A DNA stretch of 64,000 nt. Source: Acidobacteriota bacterium (lineage in GTDB: Bacteria > Acidobacteriota > Blastocatellia > Chloracidobacteriales > JADJPF01). The notes under the pieces are model-generated. The model was not told where the DNA came from. It was given only the letters and a program-made list of their open reading frames with translations, and did not search any database. Position numbers and translations under genes: made by a program. Where the stretch lies: positions 518-64,517 of the forward strand of contig JACQZQ010000011.1 in the NCBI GenBank assembly GCA_016213785.1, given 5' to 3'. Shown here in pieces: positions 17,856-26,689 of the stretch (positions within the stretch are counted from its first letter, which is position 1; each line of letters opens with the position of its first letter).

Positions 17856-18174
17856 AGTATTAAACCCTCCTAAAATTTTAACTAATGGCAAAAGAAATCT
17901 TATAAACTCGCTATAATGGATTATAACCTGAGTTTTGTAAATCAAGCCAAGCATACCCAGCAATAAATTACTAACCCAATAACTCAATAACCTTAATTAA
18001 CTAGCCTTCTAAATATTAGTAATATAAATAGTATATGAGATTTAATGGAGTTTATACTTAGTAAGCTAACAAGTAACTTTATAGCTAAGTACTATAGAAA
18101 TACTAGGAGCTTTTATGGATAATCTGTTTGCGATTATTTTCGCAATATTTATTTAAGATTATTTAGGAGGTTTT

Positions 18175-19344
18175 GTGAAAAAGATAGTTTTTCAATCTTT
18201 TTTAGGCATAATTTTGCTTATTTTACTAAGTTTGACTAGTGTAATGGCTCAAACAACTAGTTCAGTTATAAAATTCAAAGTCAAGATAAGAAATAATGTT
18301 GAAGTTGAAATGGGTGCAACCATTGTTTCTAACCCTAGTTCTCAAAGGGGTAGAAACTCAATACTAGTTCTTAATGGGACTTCACAAACAAGTAGAACTT
18401 TTATTGCTCTAGCCCAATCAGTTATTGCTAGTGATGCAAGTGTTTCTAGAATGATATTACTTGACCATCCTGGTCATGGTAATAGCGGGTTTCCTGTAGG
18501 CGGTGGCGTAAAGTATGGTGATCTTAATATGGATGATTATGTTACTGCTTTACTTGGCTCACTAGAAGAATTAGAGGATAGACGTATTAGACCAAATGCA
18601 ATTTTAGGACATAGTTTAGGCGCTGAATTAATTCAAATGGCACAAACTAGATTAACAAACAGAGGTAATAGTTTACGTAGAGAGTTTGGAATTAAATCGG
18701 CTATTTTTATTGTCCCAGATATTGCTAACCCTCTACCTTGGGTAGCTATTGATGCTGGTGCAGCAGATCCACTTGCAGCAGGTTTTGTAAGAAACGATCC
18801 AACACTTGGAAGTGTATTTGATCTTTTAACATTACCAGGTGGCCCTGAAACTTGGGTTGGTCTATTCTATGGTGATCGTAATGGTACTATTGTTCCTGGT
18901 GCTCCAACTCCTGCCCAAGCCTTATCAAATGGTTTTATTTCGCTTGATTCAGGTGCAATGGTAAAACAATTAATTGGTTTACCAGATGCCCCAGGCGGCC
19001 CAAGAAAACCACGTCCAACAATTAACCCTAATATATTCACTGCAAGAAGAGGCACAGTAGCTGGAGTTGTAGCTCTTGAACAAGATGGTCTATATGTTTT
19101 CCCAGATGAACATAGAGGCGTGTATAGATTTGTTACAGGAGATCAAAGCGATGCGCTATTTTTTGCTTTTGCTGGGCCTAATACTGTCCATAATATCCAT
19201 ACTATAACCCCAGGAATATTTAATGGCGTAATAAAGAGAGTCTTAGCGGCTGGTCAAAGTAGTTATAATAATACTAGCGATGGTGGTGATGATGGTGATG
19301 ATGGCGATGATGGCGATGATGAAGATAGTGATGATGCTAACTAA
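18175..19344 (+). CDS. secreted alpha/beta-hydrolase-like protein with an acidic (G/D)n tail
   Basis: GTG start follows aggagg. Signal peptide present. Nucleophile elbow GHSLG. The C-terminus is GGDDGDDGDDGDDEDSDD. Confidence 0.6.
   Translation: MKKIVFQSFLGIILLILLSLTSVMAQTTSSVIKFKVKIRNNVEVEMGATIVSNPSSQRGRNSILVLNGTSQTSRTFIALAQSVIASDASVSRMILLDHPGHGNSGFPVGGGVKYGDLNMDDYVTALLGSLEELEDRRIRPNAILGHSLGAELIQMAQTRLTNRGNSLRREFGIKSAIFIVPDIANPLPWVAIDAGAADPLAAGFVRNDPTLGSVFDLLTLPGGPETWVGLFYGDRNGTIVPGAPTPAQALSNGFISLDSGAMVKQLIGLPDAPGGPRKPRPTINPNIFTARRGTVAGVVALEQDGLYVFPDEHRGVYRFVTGDQSDALFFAFAGPNTVHNIHTITPGIFNGVIKRVLAAGQSSYNNTSDGGDDGDDGDDGDDEDSDDAN
19279..19337 (+). repeat. imperfect 9-bp GAT/GGY repeat tract encoding the acidic tail
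   Basis: gatggtggtgatgatggtgatgatggcgatgatggcgatgatgaagatagtgatgatgc. Confidence 0.8.
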
Positions 19345-19373
19345 AGATAAGTAATTAAAGATTAAGTAAACTT

Positions 19374-19430
19374 AAAGATTGCTGTTTTGTGGATTTATTT
19401 GTTATTTCTAAAACAGCAATCTTTTGTTTT
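19374..19430 (+). terminator. intrinsic terminator (15-bp stem, large loop)
   Basis: aaagattgctgtttt (19374-19388) pairs perfectly with aaaacagcaatcttt (19410-19424). A T-rich tgttttt follows. Confidence 0.55.
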
Positions 19431-19462
19431 TAGAAAACTTGTATAAAGTTTTGAGTGGGTGT

Positions 19463-20023
19463 TTATTTAGGGGCAATTGAAAAAAATGCTAAGAGGCAAT
19501 CTTGGGACTTAAAAGCCGCTAAATCATCAACAAATATTCCAAAATACTTACAACTTCTTTTTATACCAAAAAGCCCTTTTACTTTTACAGGTTCTTTTAA
19601 TGCAATTAATAAAGAGGGTTCTCCTGCAACAGTCATATCTAAATAGTCTTTTCTTTTTGTTAGACGTTCGGCTTTATTAATATCTAAAATTTCCTCAATC
19701 ATTTCACGATTAATAACAACTCTCCATCTTTTTCCAGCATTTAGCGCTATTTTCTCTTGGCTAATTGTAATTGGATTAAGACGAATTGCTTGGAAATCTC
19801 CACATATCCAAAGTACTGTGTAAATACTAGCTAAAGTAGCAATCCAAGCGACTTTGTTATCAATAGTTACTAGGAAATAATGTACTGCAATTGATTCGCC
19901 TATAAATAAAACCATTAGACCAATAAAAATAGCAATATACTCATTAGTTTTGTGGTAAGAAAAAGCTATTGTATCTCTTTCAATAAATGGTTTACGCCAA
20001 AAAAGAAAAGCATAGTAAAGCAT
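19463..20023 (-). CDS. small membrane protein, function unknown
   Basis: 186 aa with 2-3 N-terminal hydrophobic helices and a soluble C-terminal half. No motif recognised. Confidence 0.5.
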   Translation of the reverse strand: MLYYAFLFWRKPFIERDTIAFSYHKTNEYIAIFIGLMVLFIGESIAVHYFLVTIDNKVAWIATLASIYTVLWICGDFQAIRLNPITISQEKIALNAGKRWRVVINREMIEEILDINKAERLTKRKDYLDMTVAGEPSLLIALKEPVKVKGLFGIKRSCKYFGIFVDDLAAFKSQDCLLAFFSIAPK

Positions 20024-20069
20024 AATAACCTCCTAGTTTATCTATATTTTATACTTATCTAGGACAAAA

Positions 20070-22247
20070 TTATTTACTAATAGATTTTTGGAATTGTTCA
20101 AATATTTCACCAAAGCTTTCACCATTTGATTGACGTGCTTGTATATAAAGTAGGCTGTAAAATATAGAAAACAAAGGAGCAACTATAAACCCTAGAGAGC
20201 CAATAATTGAAAGACCAAAGATAGCTAGTAAACTTGCCATAAACTTTTCTGTTGAGTCAAGGCTACTATTAAATAGCTTATTTAATGTCCATACTAAACA
20301 GGTAAATAGAAAGAAAAGATCTATTAGTATTACAGTTAAAATTATCCCTGAATATTCTTTAACACCTTTAAGTTGGCTTAATAAGCTTTTAGAACGTAGT
20401 GTTGCTAGTTTTCCTTTTAGACCTTCTATTACAAGCACAGACTCATAGAAAATAGTGTCACGATAGTTTTTATCTATAAAAAAAGCTCCTACTAATCCTG
20501 CCGTCATAATTAAGAGCAATGATAGAAAAAACATACTCGATGAAACACTATTATTGTTTGCATAGTTATGTAAGAAAGTTACTATAACTATAAAGAGGAT
20601 AACTAGTATTTGTGTAATTAGAAAATTCTTTATTGGCCTAACTAAACCAGATTTTTGCTTTTGGAATAAAGTTAAATAGTCAGTTAATCTCAACTTTTGT
20701 TTATAGTTAGCTATAGAGTTAATTACTGTAGGTGTTGTAATAAAACCATTCACTATTTTAGTAAAATAAACCCCTAAAATAATAAGCGGTAAGGAGTAAA
20801 GTATACCATTTCCAGCATCAATAGATACTACTTTCCAAGTAGGTAGAACTAACCAAGATATTGTAAATATCATACTTAAAATAAGAGGAGTATAAGCGAA
20901 TTTACTGATAGCTAAAAAGCTAAAGAAATTATTGCTATAAATAGAAATAGCTTGACGAAGTAATGCAATCCCTCCTTGAGAATTGGCTTTAAGTATTGTA
21001 GCAAAAGCTGTCATACTTTTAGGCCGGTCTAGAGGATTTTTAGCAAGTGCCATCATTATGCTATTGCTTACAAGCTCAGGTAGGTTTTTTCTTTTTTCTT
21101 TTATTATAGGTGCAGCCATATTAGTGTGTTTATCAATTAGCTGGTGAAAATCACCTGTAAAGGGGGTATCACCTGTTAACATTTGATAAGTCATTACACC
21201 TAAACTATACACATCAGAGCGGTTATCTAATGCACCTCCGTTACATTGCTCAGGTGACATATAAAGAGGAGTACCTAAGACAACTCCAGCACGAGTAAGC
21301 CAAACAGGTATAGTTTTAGGGTCAATATTTCCATGTGTTACTTTAGCTGAAGTATCTAGAGTGCTAGGATCAATATTTGTGGCATATTGCCTAAGAGTAA
21401 CATCTTCGCTAGATATGCTTTTAGCTTTAAGCATTGACATCAAGGATGTTTCATTAGGGCATTCTTCAATAAGTTTTAATCTTTCTAATAAAGGCAGATG
21501 CGTATTTTGAAAGCTATTTGGGACATCTTTTAGTTTAGCAAGGCCAAAATCTAGTACTTTTACATTATAGCTTCCACGCCCATTTGGTTCTAACCAAATA
21601 TTTTCTGGTTTTAAGTCCCGATGAATAATACCTATTTTATGAGCTTCTTCTACAGCTAAACAAATTTGTTCTACAATATCAACTACTAGATCTAATGGGA
21701 GTTGGCCTTTTTCTTTTAATAGCTCGCCTAAGGTATTACCATTAAGATATTCCATCACTAAGTAGGCTAATTTATCTGAGCCAACAGAAGAAAAACCAAA
21801 GTCAGTAACATTAACTACATTAGGGTGGCGAAGTCGTCCTGTAGCTTCTGCTTCACGCTTAAAGCGTTCTACAAACTCTGAATATCCCATAAATTGAGGG
21901 GCGATGATTTTAACAGCTACAGTGCGACCAGTTCCTAAATGAGTAGCAAGGTAGACCGCTCCCATTCCACCTTGACCTAGCTGTTTTTCTATACGGTATT
22001 TTTCATCGATTATTTGACCTACTAAAGCTTCTACTGACCAAACAGGTGTTTGTCTTGTAATAGCCGCATTTTTTAAAAACCCTATATCTTGAGCCTCATC
22101 GGAAAAGGCTATTAGTGATTCTATTTCTTGACGTAAAGTTAAGTCTTGAGCACAAATTTGATTAAGATAATTTACTCTTTGAGTAGGAGACTTAGCGATT
22201 GCTGTGTGGAAAATTTCTTCTATTTTTTGCCATCTTTCAGTTTTCAT
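20070..22247 (-). CDS. Ser/Thr protein kinase with a large polytopic C-terminal membrane domain
   Basis: Hanks motifs GQGGMGAVY, VAVK, HRDLKPEN, DFG and SPE are present. About 300 C-terminal residues carry many TM helices. I prefer the ATG at 22247 (MKTERWQ), which overlaps the sigma factor stop by 11 nt. Confidence 0.85.
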   Translation of the reverse strand: MKTERWQKIEEIFHTAIAKSPTQRVNYLNQICAQDLTLRQEIESLIAFSDEAQDIGFLKNAAITRQTPVWSVEALVGQIIDEKYRIEKQLGQGGMGAVYLATHLGTGRTVAVKIIAPQFMGYSEFVERFKREAEATGRLRHPNVVNVTDFGFSSVGSDKLAYLVMEYLNGNTLGELLKEKGQLPLDLVVDIVEQICLAVEEAHKIGIIHRDLKPENIWLEPNGRGSYNVKVLDFGLAKLKDVPNSFQNTHLPLLERLKLIEECPNETSLMSMLKAKSISSEDVTLRQYATNIDPSTLDTSAKVTHGNIDPKTIPVWLTRAGVVLGTPLYMSPEQCNGGALDNRSDVYSLGVMTYQMLTGDTPFTGDFHQLIDKHTNMAAPIIKEKRKNLPELVSNSIMMALAKNPLDRPKSMTAFATILKANSQGGIALLRQAISIYSNNFFSFLAISKFAYTPLILSMIFTISWLVLPTWKVVSIDAGNGILYSLPLIILGVYFTKIVNGFITTPTVINSIANYKQKLRLTDYLTLFQKQKSGLVRPIKNFLITQILVILFIVIVTFLHNYANNNSVSSSMFFLSLLLIMTAGLVGAFFIDKNYRDTIFYESVLVIEGLKGKLATLRSKSLLSQLKGVKEYSGIILTVILIDLFFLFTCLVWTLNKLFNSSLDSTEKFMASLLAIFGLSIIGSLGFIVAPLFSIFYSLLYIQARQSNGESFGEIFEQFQKSISK

Positions 22248-22815
22248 TGTCTGCCCCTTTTTTGATTGAACGGTAGAGCCAAGCCCTAGCAAGCGTCCAA
22301 TCTCGTTTAGCTGTGGCTAGGGAAATCTCTAGTACTTCAGCAGTTTCTTCTAGAGTTAAACCAGCAAAAAACCATAGCTCAATTAAACGGCTTTTACGTT
22401 GATCTGTTTTAGATAACTCATTAAGTGCTTCATCTAGCGCTATTAAATCTAGATCTTGAATATTTGGTAGCGCAATTGCTTCATTTAGCTCTACACGAAT
22501 TGTTTTACCACCACGCTTAGCCGCGTGTTGATCACGAGCATAATTAGTTAAAATACGTCGCATCATTTGTGCAGCAATTGCAAAGAAATGAGCACGGTTT
22601 TGCCATTTTACTTGTTTTTGATCTATAAGCCTTAAGTAAGCTTCGTGTACTAGAGCAGTTGTTTGAATGGTATGATTAGGTCTTTCTCTACGTAAATAAC
22701 GAGATGCAAGTAAATGTAACTCTTGATAAATTAAGGGTAAAAGCTTTTCTAAAGCAGCTTCATCCCCTTTATTCCAGTTAATTAGTAGCTCTGTTACATT
22801 GCTATTACCAACCAT
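22237..22815 (-). CDS. ECF-type RNA polymerase sigma factor (TIGR02999-like, kinase-associated type)
   Basis: The N-terminus VTELLINWNKGDEAALEKLLPLIYQELHLLA is characteristic of this family. Region 2 and region 4 (LTLEETAEVLEISLATAKRDW) are present. Confidence 0.9.
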   Translation of the reverse strand: MVGNSNVTELLINWNKGDEAALEKLLPLIYQELHLLASRYLRRERPNHTIQTTALVHEAYLRLIDQKQVKWQNRAHFFAIAAQMMRRILTNYARDQHAAKRGGKTIRVELNEAIALPNIQDLDLIALDEALNELSKTDQRKSRLIELWFFAGLTLEETAEVLEISLATAKRDWTLARAWLYRSIKKGADNEN

Positions 22816-22978
22816 ACTTAATTATATTCTCCTAAGCATTTAGCAAGTTCTGATTGAGTATATTTAGAATTTAACTGCTTCTATTAATTAACGCACAAGA
22901 AAAATGTAAAATAGCTCATAAAAATTTTTTATTTCCAGAAAATTTTTATAAATAAATTTTTAGCACTAGGAGAAGATT

Positions 22979-23959
22979 GTGAAAGCCATTTTAGTTAAAG
23001 ACGACACAAAAGAGCTTTATATTGACAAAGTTGCAAGACCTGATTTTAATGATGATGAACTTTTAGTCTCTATTAAAGCTACTGCACTTAATCGAGCAGA
23101 TTTATTGCAAAGACGTGGTTTATATCCTCCACCACCTGGAGCTTCAAATATAATAGGCTTAGAAATGGCTGGAGAAATAGTAGAAATAGGAAAAAATGTT
23201 AAAGATTGGAAAATAGGCGATAGAGTTTTTGCTCTACTTTCTGGAGGAGGCTATGCGGAATACGTAAATATTCCTGCTAAAACGGCTATGAGAATTCCAG
23301 AAAACCTTTCTTTTGAAGAAGCTGCTGCAATTCCAGAGGCTTTTCTTACAGCCTACCAAGCAGTTTGCTGGCTAGGAGGCTTGAAAGTAGGTCAAAAAGT
23401 CTTAATTCATGCTGGTGCTAGCGGTGTTGGGACTGCTGCAATACAAATTATTCGTGAATTTGGCTCTGAGGTTTATGTTACTGTTGGGACAGAAAAAAAG
23501 CAGGAAGCGTGTCTTTTACTAGGAGCAAAACTAGCAATCAACTATAAAAAAGAGTCTTTTGAAGAAAAAATTAAAGAAATTACTGAAAATAAAGGAGTAG
23601 ATATTATTTTAGACGCTATTGGCGCTAATTATTGGCAACAAAATATTAATTCTTTAGCAATGGATGGTCGTTTAGTAATAATTGCTGCTATGAGTGGGGG
23701 CACGCTTAACCAAGTCAATCTTTATGAGATACTTAGACGGCGTTTACAAGTAATAGGAACTACTCTTCGTGCTAGGGCTTTAGACTATAAAATTCAGCTA
23801 ACAGAAGATTTTGCTAAATTTGCTCTCTCTAGATTTCAAAATAAAAAATTAGTTCCTGTAATAGATAAAATATTTAATTGGCAAGAAGTTAATCTTGCAC
23901 ATAAGTTGATGGAAAGTAATGAAAATATTGGAAAAATAGTCTTAAAAATAGATAACTAA
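22979..23959 (+). CDS. NAD(P)H:quinone oxidoreductase (MDR, PIG3-like)
   Basis: ALNRADLLQRRGLYPPPPG, GASGVGTAAIQ and the C-terminal GKIVLK. GTG start follows aggag. Confidence 0.9.
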   Translation: MKAILVKDDTKELYIDKVARPDFNDDELLVSIKATALNRADLLQRRGLYPPPPGASNIIGLEMAGEIVEIGKNVKDWKIGDRVFALLSGGGYAEYVNIPAKTAMRIPENLSFEEAAAIPEAFLTAYQAVCWLGGLKVGQKVLIHAGASGVGTAAIQIIREFGSEVYVTVGTEKKQEACLLLGAKLAINYKKESFEEKIKEITENKGVDIILDAIGANYWQQNINSLAMDGRLVIIAAMSGGTLNQVNLYEILRRRLQVIGTTLRARALDYKIQLTEDFAKFALSRFQNKKLVPVIDKIFNWQEVNLAHKLMESNENIGKIVLKIDN

Positions 23960-23984
23960 AATTATTAATAAAAGGAGTAGTGAT

Positions 23985-24587
23985 TTGTCAGAACGTGAGT
24001 TTTTAACTATTAGTAGATCTGCTGAGGTTTCAACTAATATCAAAGGGTCTATTTTTATTTCGCGTTGTGAGCGTGTTTCTAGTATTGATGAAGCAATGAA
24101 TTATATTAAATCGATTCGTGCTAAACATTTAGATGCAACTCATAATTGTTGGGCTTATCGTATTTCGCCTAGTGAATACCGGTTTAATGATGATGGTGAG
24201 CCAAGTGGAACAGCTGGACAGCCTATGTTTCAAGCTCTTTTAGGAGCAAATTTAGAAGAAGTTTGTATCGTAGTAACTCGCTACTATGGAGGCACAAAAC
24301 TTGGTGCTGGTGGGCTTGCTCGTGCTTATGGAGGTGGGGCTTCAGCAGTACTAAAAGAAGCTGAAACCCTACTAGTTAAACCTAAAGTAACATTTTTAGT
24401 AGAAGCCCCTTTTAGCGAACAAAATAGTCTTTTTCATTTCTTGCAAACCCATAAAGAATTAACGACTTCTGTAGATTATACAAACACAGGAATACAAGTC
24501 GAAGTATCTCTTTATCTTTCAGATCGAGATAAAATAATTGAGTCCTTAACCAATTCTCTACGCGGACGGGTTCAGATAATAGAATGA
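23985..24587 (+). CDS. YigZ/IMPACT-family protein
   Basis: HNCWAYR...DDGEPSGTAGQPM...VTRYYGGTKLGAGGL motifs. TTG start lies 8 nt after aaggag. Confidence 0.85.
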   Translation: MSEREFLTISRSAEVSTNIKGSIFISRCERVSSIDEAMNYIKSIRAKHLDATHNCWAYRISPSEYRFNDDGEPSGTAGQPMFQALLGANLEEVCIVVTRYYGGTKLGAGGLARAYGGGASAVLKEAETLLVKPKVTFLVEAPFSEQNSLFHFLQTHKELTTSVDYTNTGIQVEVSLYLSDRDKIIESLTNSLRGRVQIIE

Positions 24588-24723
24588 TTTAAGGTTTGGG
24601 TCAACTACCTACCCAGTCTTTATTTACTTAACTTAATTTTTATTGGTTTTTAATGTATAAAATGAGCTTATAAATATTAAGGTTAGATTATTTAGTTAAT
24701 TAATAATTTTGGAGCAGCAAAAG

Positions 24724-25092
24724 ATGAGAAGAGTTAACCCTAAAAACTTTCAAAACGTATTAAATCGTCTTGAAAGTATGGCTGATGGTATAGCAAAACA
24801 TCAAAGTGAAAACAATTTCCCTGCAACATTAAATGAAAACGAAAGAAAAAAGATGAAAAATGATTTAGAAGAGGCTCGCTTAGATTATGAAACTAAACAG
24901 CATTTAGCTGATCAAGCGTCGGATAAATTTCAAAAACTCTTAAAAGAAATCAATTCTCAATTATCTAAAGATGTTGATACGTTGCGGGGGTTTTATGGAA
25001 AAGACAATAAAAGAGTGGCAGATTTTGGAGTTGTAATAGTTTCCAAAAACCGTACTCCTAAAAAAAATAAGCCAGAAAATAAACACTCCTAA
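24724..25092 (+). CDS. hypothetical Lys/Glu-rich protein
   Basis: ORF with ATG at 24724, 9 nt after ggag. The track uses a TTG at 24709. Coiled-coil-like composition and no motif. Confidence 0.4.
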   Translation: MRRVNPKNFQNVLNRLESMADGIAKHQSENNFPATLNENERKKMKNDLEEARLDYETKQHLADQASDKFQKLLKEINSQLSKDVDTLRGFYGKDNKRVADFGVVIVSKNRTPKKNKPENKHS

Positions 25093-25101
25093 CCCTATGT
25101 T

Positions 25102-25458
25102 TTAGGGGATTTCCAGGCTATTAGCTTTTTTTTTAATTGAGCCTTCTTTAAGTTTATCAATGTAATGAAATAATGAAAGAATTGGATGATAAATTAACAT
25201 TCTTGGCCCAGAAAATCGCATTACTTTTTTAATTTCATCCTTCATTTTTCTGCTAAAACAATGAATTTCGCACTTAGTACAAGCAGGTTTTTTATCTTTA
25301 TGGGGGCAACGAGTAATTCTATAAGAAGCATAATCATAAATTTCTTTACACTCCTTACATAATTCTATGTTACTTCGGTGATTTTTCTTACAATATATTT
25401 CAATCATTGCTTTTACAGTTCTATTTTCTCTTTCAAGTCTCTCGCCTAATAAAAACAT
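25102..25458 (-). CDS. nitrous-oxide-stimulated-promoter (YgbA-like) family Cys-rich protein
   Basis: The pattern ENRTVKAMIEIYCKKNH...LCKECKEI..Y...RITRCPH...KPACTKCEIHCF is typical of this family. I prefer the internal ATG at 25458. Confidence 0.65.
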   Translation of the reverse strand: MFLLGERLERENRTVKAMIEIYCKKNHRSNIELCKECKEIYDYASYRITRCPHKDKKPACTKCEIHCFSRKMKDEIKKVMRFSGPRMLIYHPILSLFHYIDKLKEGSIKKKANSLEIP

Positions 25459-25663
25459 TTTTTCTACCTCAACATTAAAATTAGTAATAAATTTTGGTAG
25501 AAAAATATACAAATCATATACCAGAAATAAATTGGTGGTAACTGTAACTAAATAATGGAGTTAGAATCATTTGTATGCTAGATTTAACAAAATCTAAAGG
25601 GTAAAAATACAATTTATTTTTTAATATTGGGAATATTTTAAGTTTATTTAATGGTGTAATAGG

Positions 25664-26689
25664 TTATTTTACTAGTTTGCGTAAGGCTTGAACTTGGTTT
25701 ACATCTCCCATTACTACTAAAATATCTTCTGCCTCAAATAGAGTTTCAGGTTTTGGGTTATAAATATACCTGTCGCCTTTATTACGTTTTATTGCTATTA
25801 CTATTAACCCTGTCTTATGACCGATATCTGAAGATTTTAAGGATTTACCTATAATAGAAGAAGTTTTTAGAAGCTTTATTTCTTCCATGCGAATGGTGTT
25901 TTGTTCTCTCATCATTAAGTCTAGAAAACCTACTACTGTGGGGCGAATCATTACCGAAGCCATACGAAGTCCCCCTATAGCATTAGGTGATACTATTGTA
26001 TCGGCTCCTGCTATACGAAGTTTATGTTCTGATTCCTGTTCAACTACTCTAGAAACTATTCTTAAGTCTTTATTAAGTCCTCTAGCTGTTAATACCACAA
26101 AAACATTGTCTTTATCACTATGTAGAGAGCTAACTAATCCTTGAGCACGTTTTATTCCTGCTGATAATAAAATTGCATCTTTAGTGGCATCTCCTACAAT
26201 AAAAGGTACATTAAGATTACGGACATTTTCTATTTTATGTGGATTAATATCTATTACTACAAAGGGGGTTTTAGTTTTTGCAAATTCTTGGGCAATGCAA
26301 CGGCCTGTTTCGCCTGCTCCGCATAATATATAGTGGTTTGAAAGCTTTTCTATATCCTTTTGCATTCTTCGTTTTCCTATTAAACCAGCTAACTCTCCTT
26401 CGATGACAAAGGTAGCAATAACACTTAGACCGTAGCCTAAAATACCTATACCACTAAATATTAAGAAAATTGTAAAGACCCTTCCTTTAGTAGTAAGAGG
26501 ATGTGTTTCACCATAACCAATAGTAGCTAGAGTAATTACAGTCATATAAAGCGAGTCAAAAAAGCTCCATCCTTCTATAAGATGGTAGCCCATAACACCA
26601 ATAAAAATAATTACTACTACTAAGATTATTGCAGTAATAAGACGTTTTTTATAAAAATTTTCGTCAATTAGTATATTTGTCTCAGGCAT
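25664..26689 (-). CDS. two-TM potassium channel with RCK/TrkA-N domain (MthK-like)
   Basis: Selectivity filter TIGYGE. Rossmann loop ILCGAGETG. C-terminal TrkA-C-like segment. The start codon overlaps the upstream stop (TAATG). Confidence 0.85.
   Translation of the reverse strand: MPETNILIDENFYKKRLITAIILVVVIIFIGVMGYHLIEGWSFFDSLYMTVITLATIGYGETHPLTTKGRVFTIFLIFSGIGILGYGLSVIATFVIEGELAGLIGKRRMQKDIEKLSNHYILCGAGETGRCIAQEFAKTKTPFVVIDINPHKIENVRNLNVPFIVGDATKDAILLSAGIKRAQGLVSSLHSDKDNVFVVLTARGLNKDLRIVSRVVEQESEHKLRIAGADTIVSPNAIGGLRMASVMIRPTVVGFLDLMMREQNTIRMEEIKLLKTSSIIGKSLKSSDIGHKTGLIVIAIKRNKGDRYIYNPKPETLFEAEDILVVMGDVNQVQALRKLVK

Noticed and set aside
17856-17987. A 44-codon N-terminal extension of the lpd ORF ([10 protein letters not shown]...) given by the ORF track.
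   Set aside because: A GTG at 17855 directly precedes the conserved [15 protein letters not shown] and has a strong aggaggg Shine-Dalgarno sequence about 8 nt upstream. The extension has no homology-like content.
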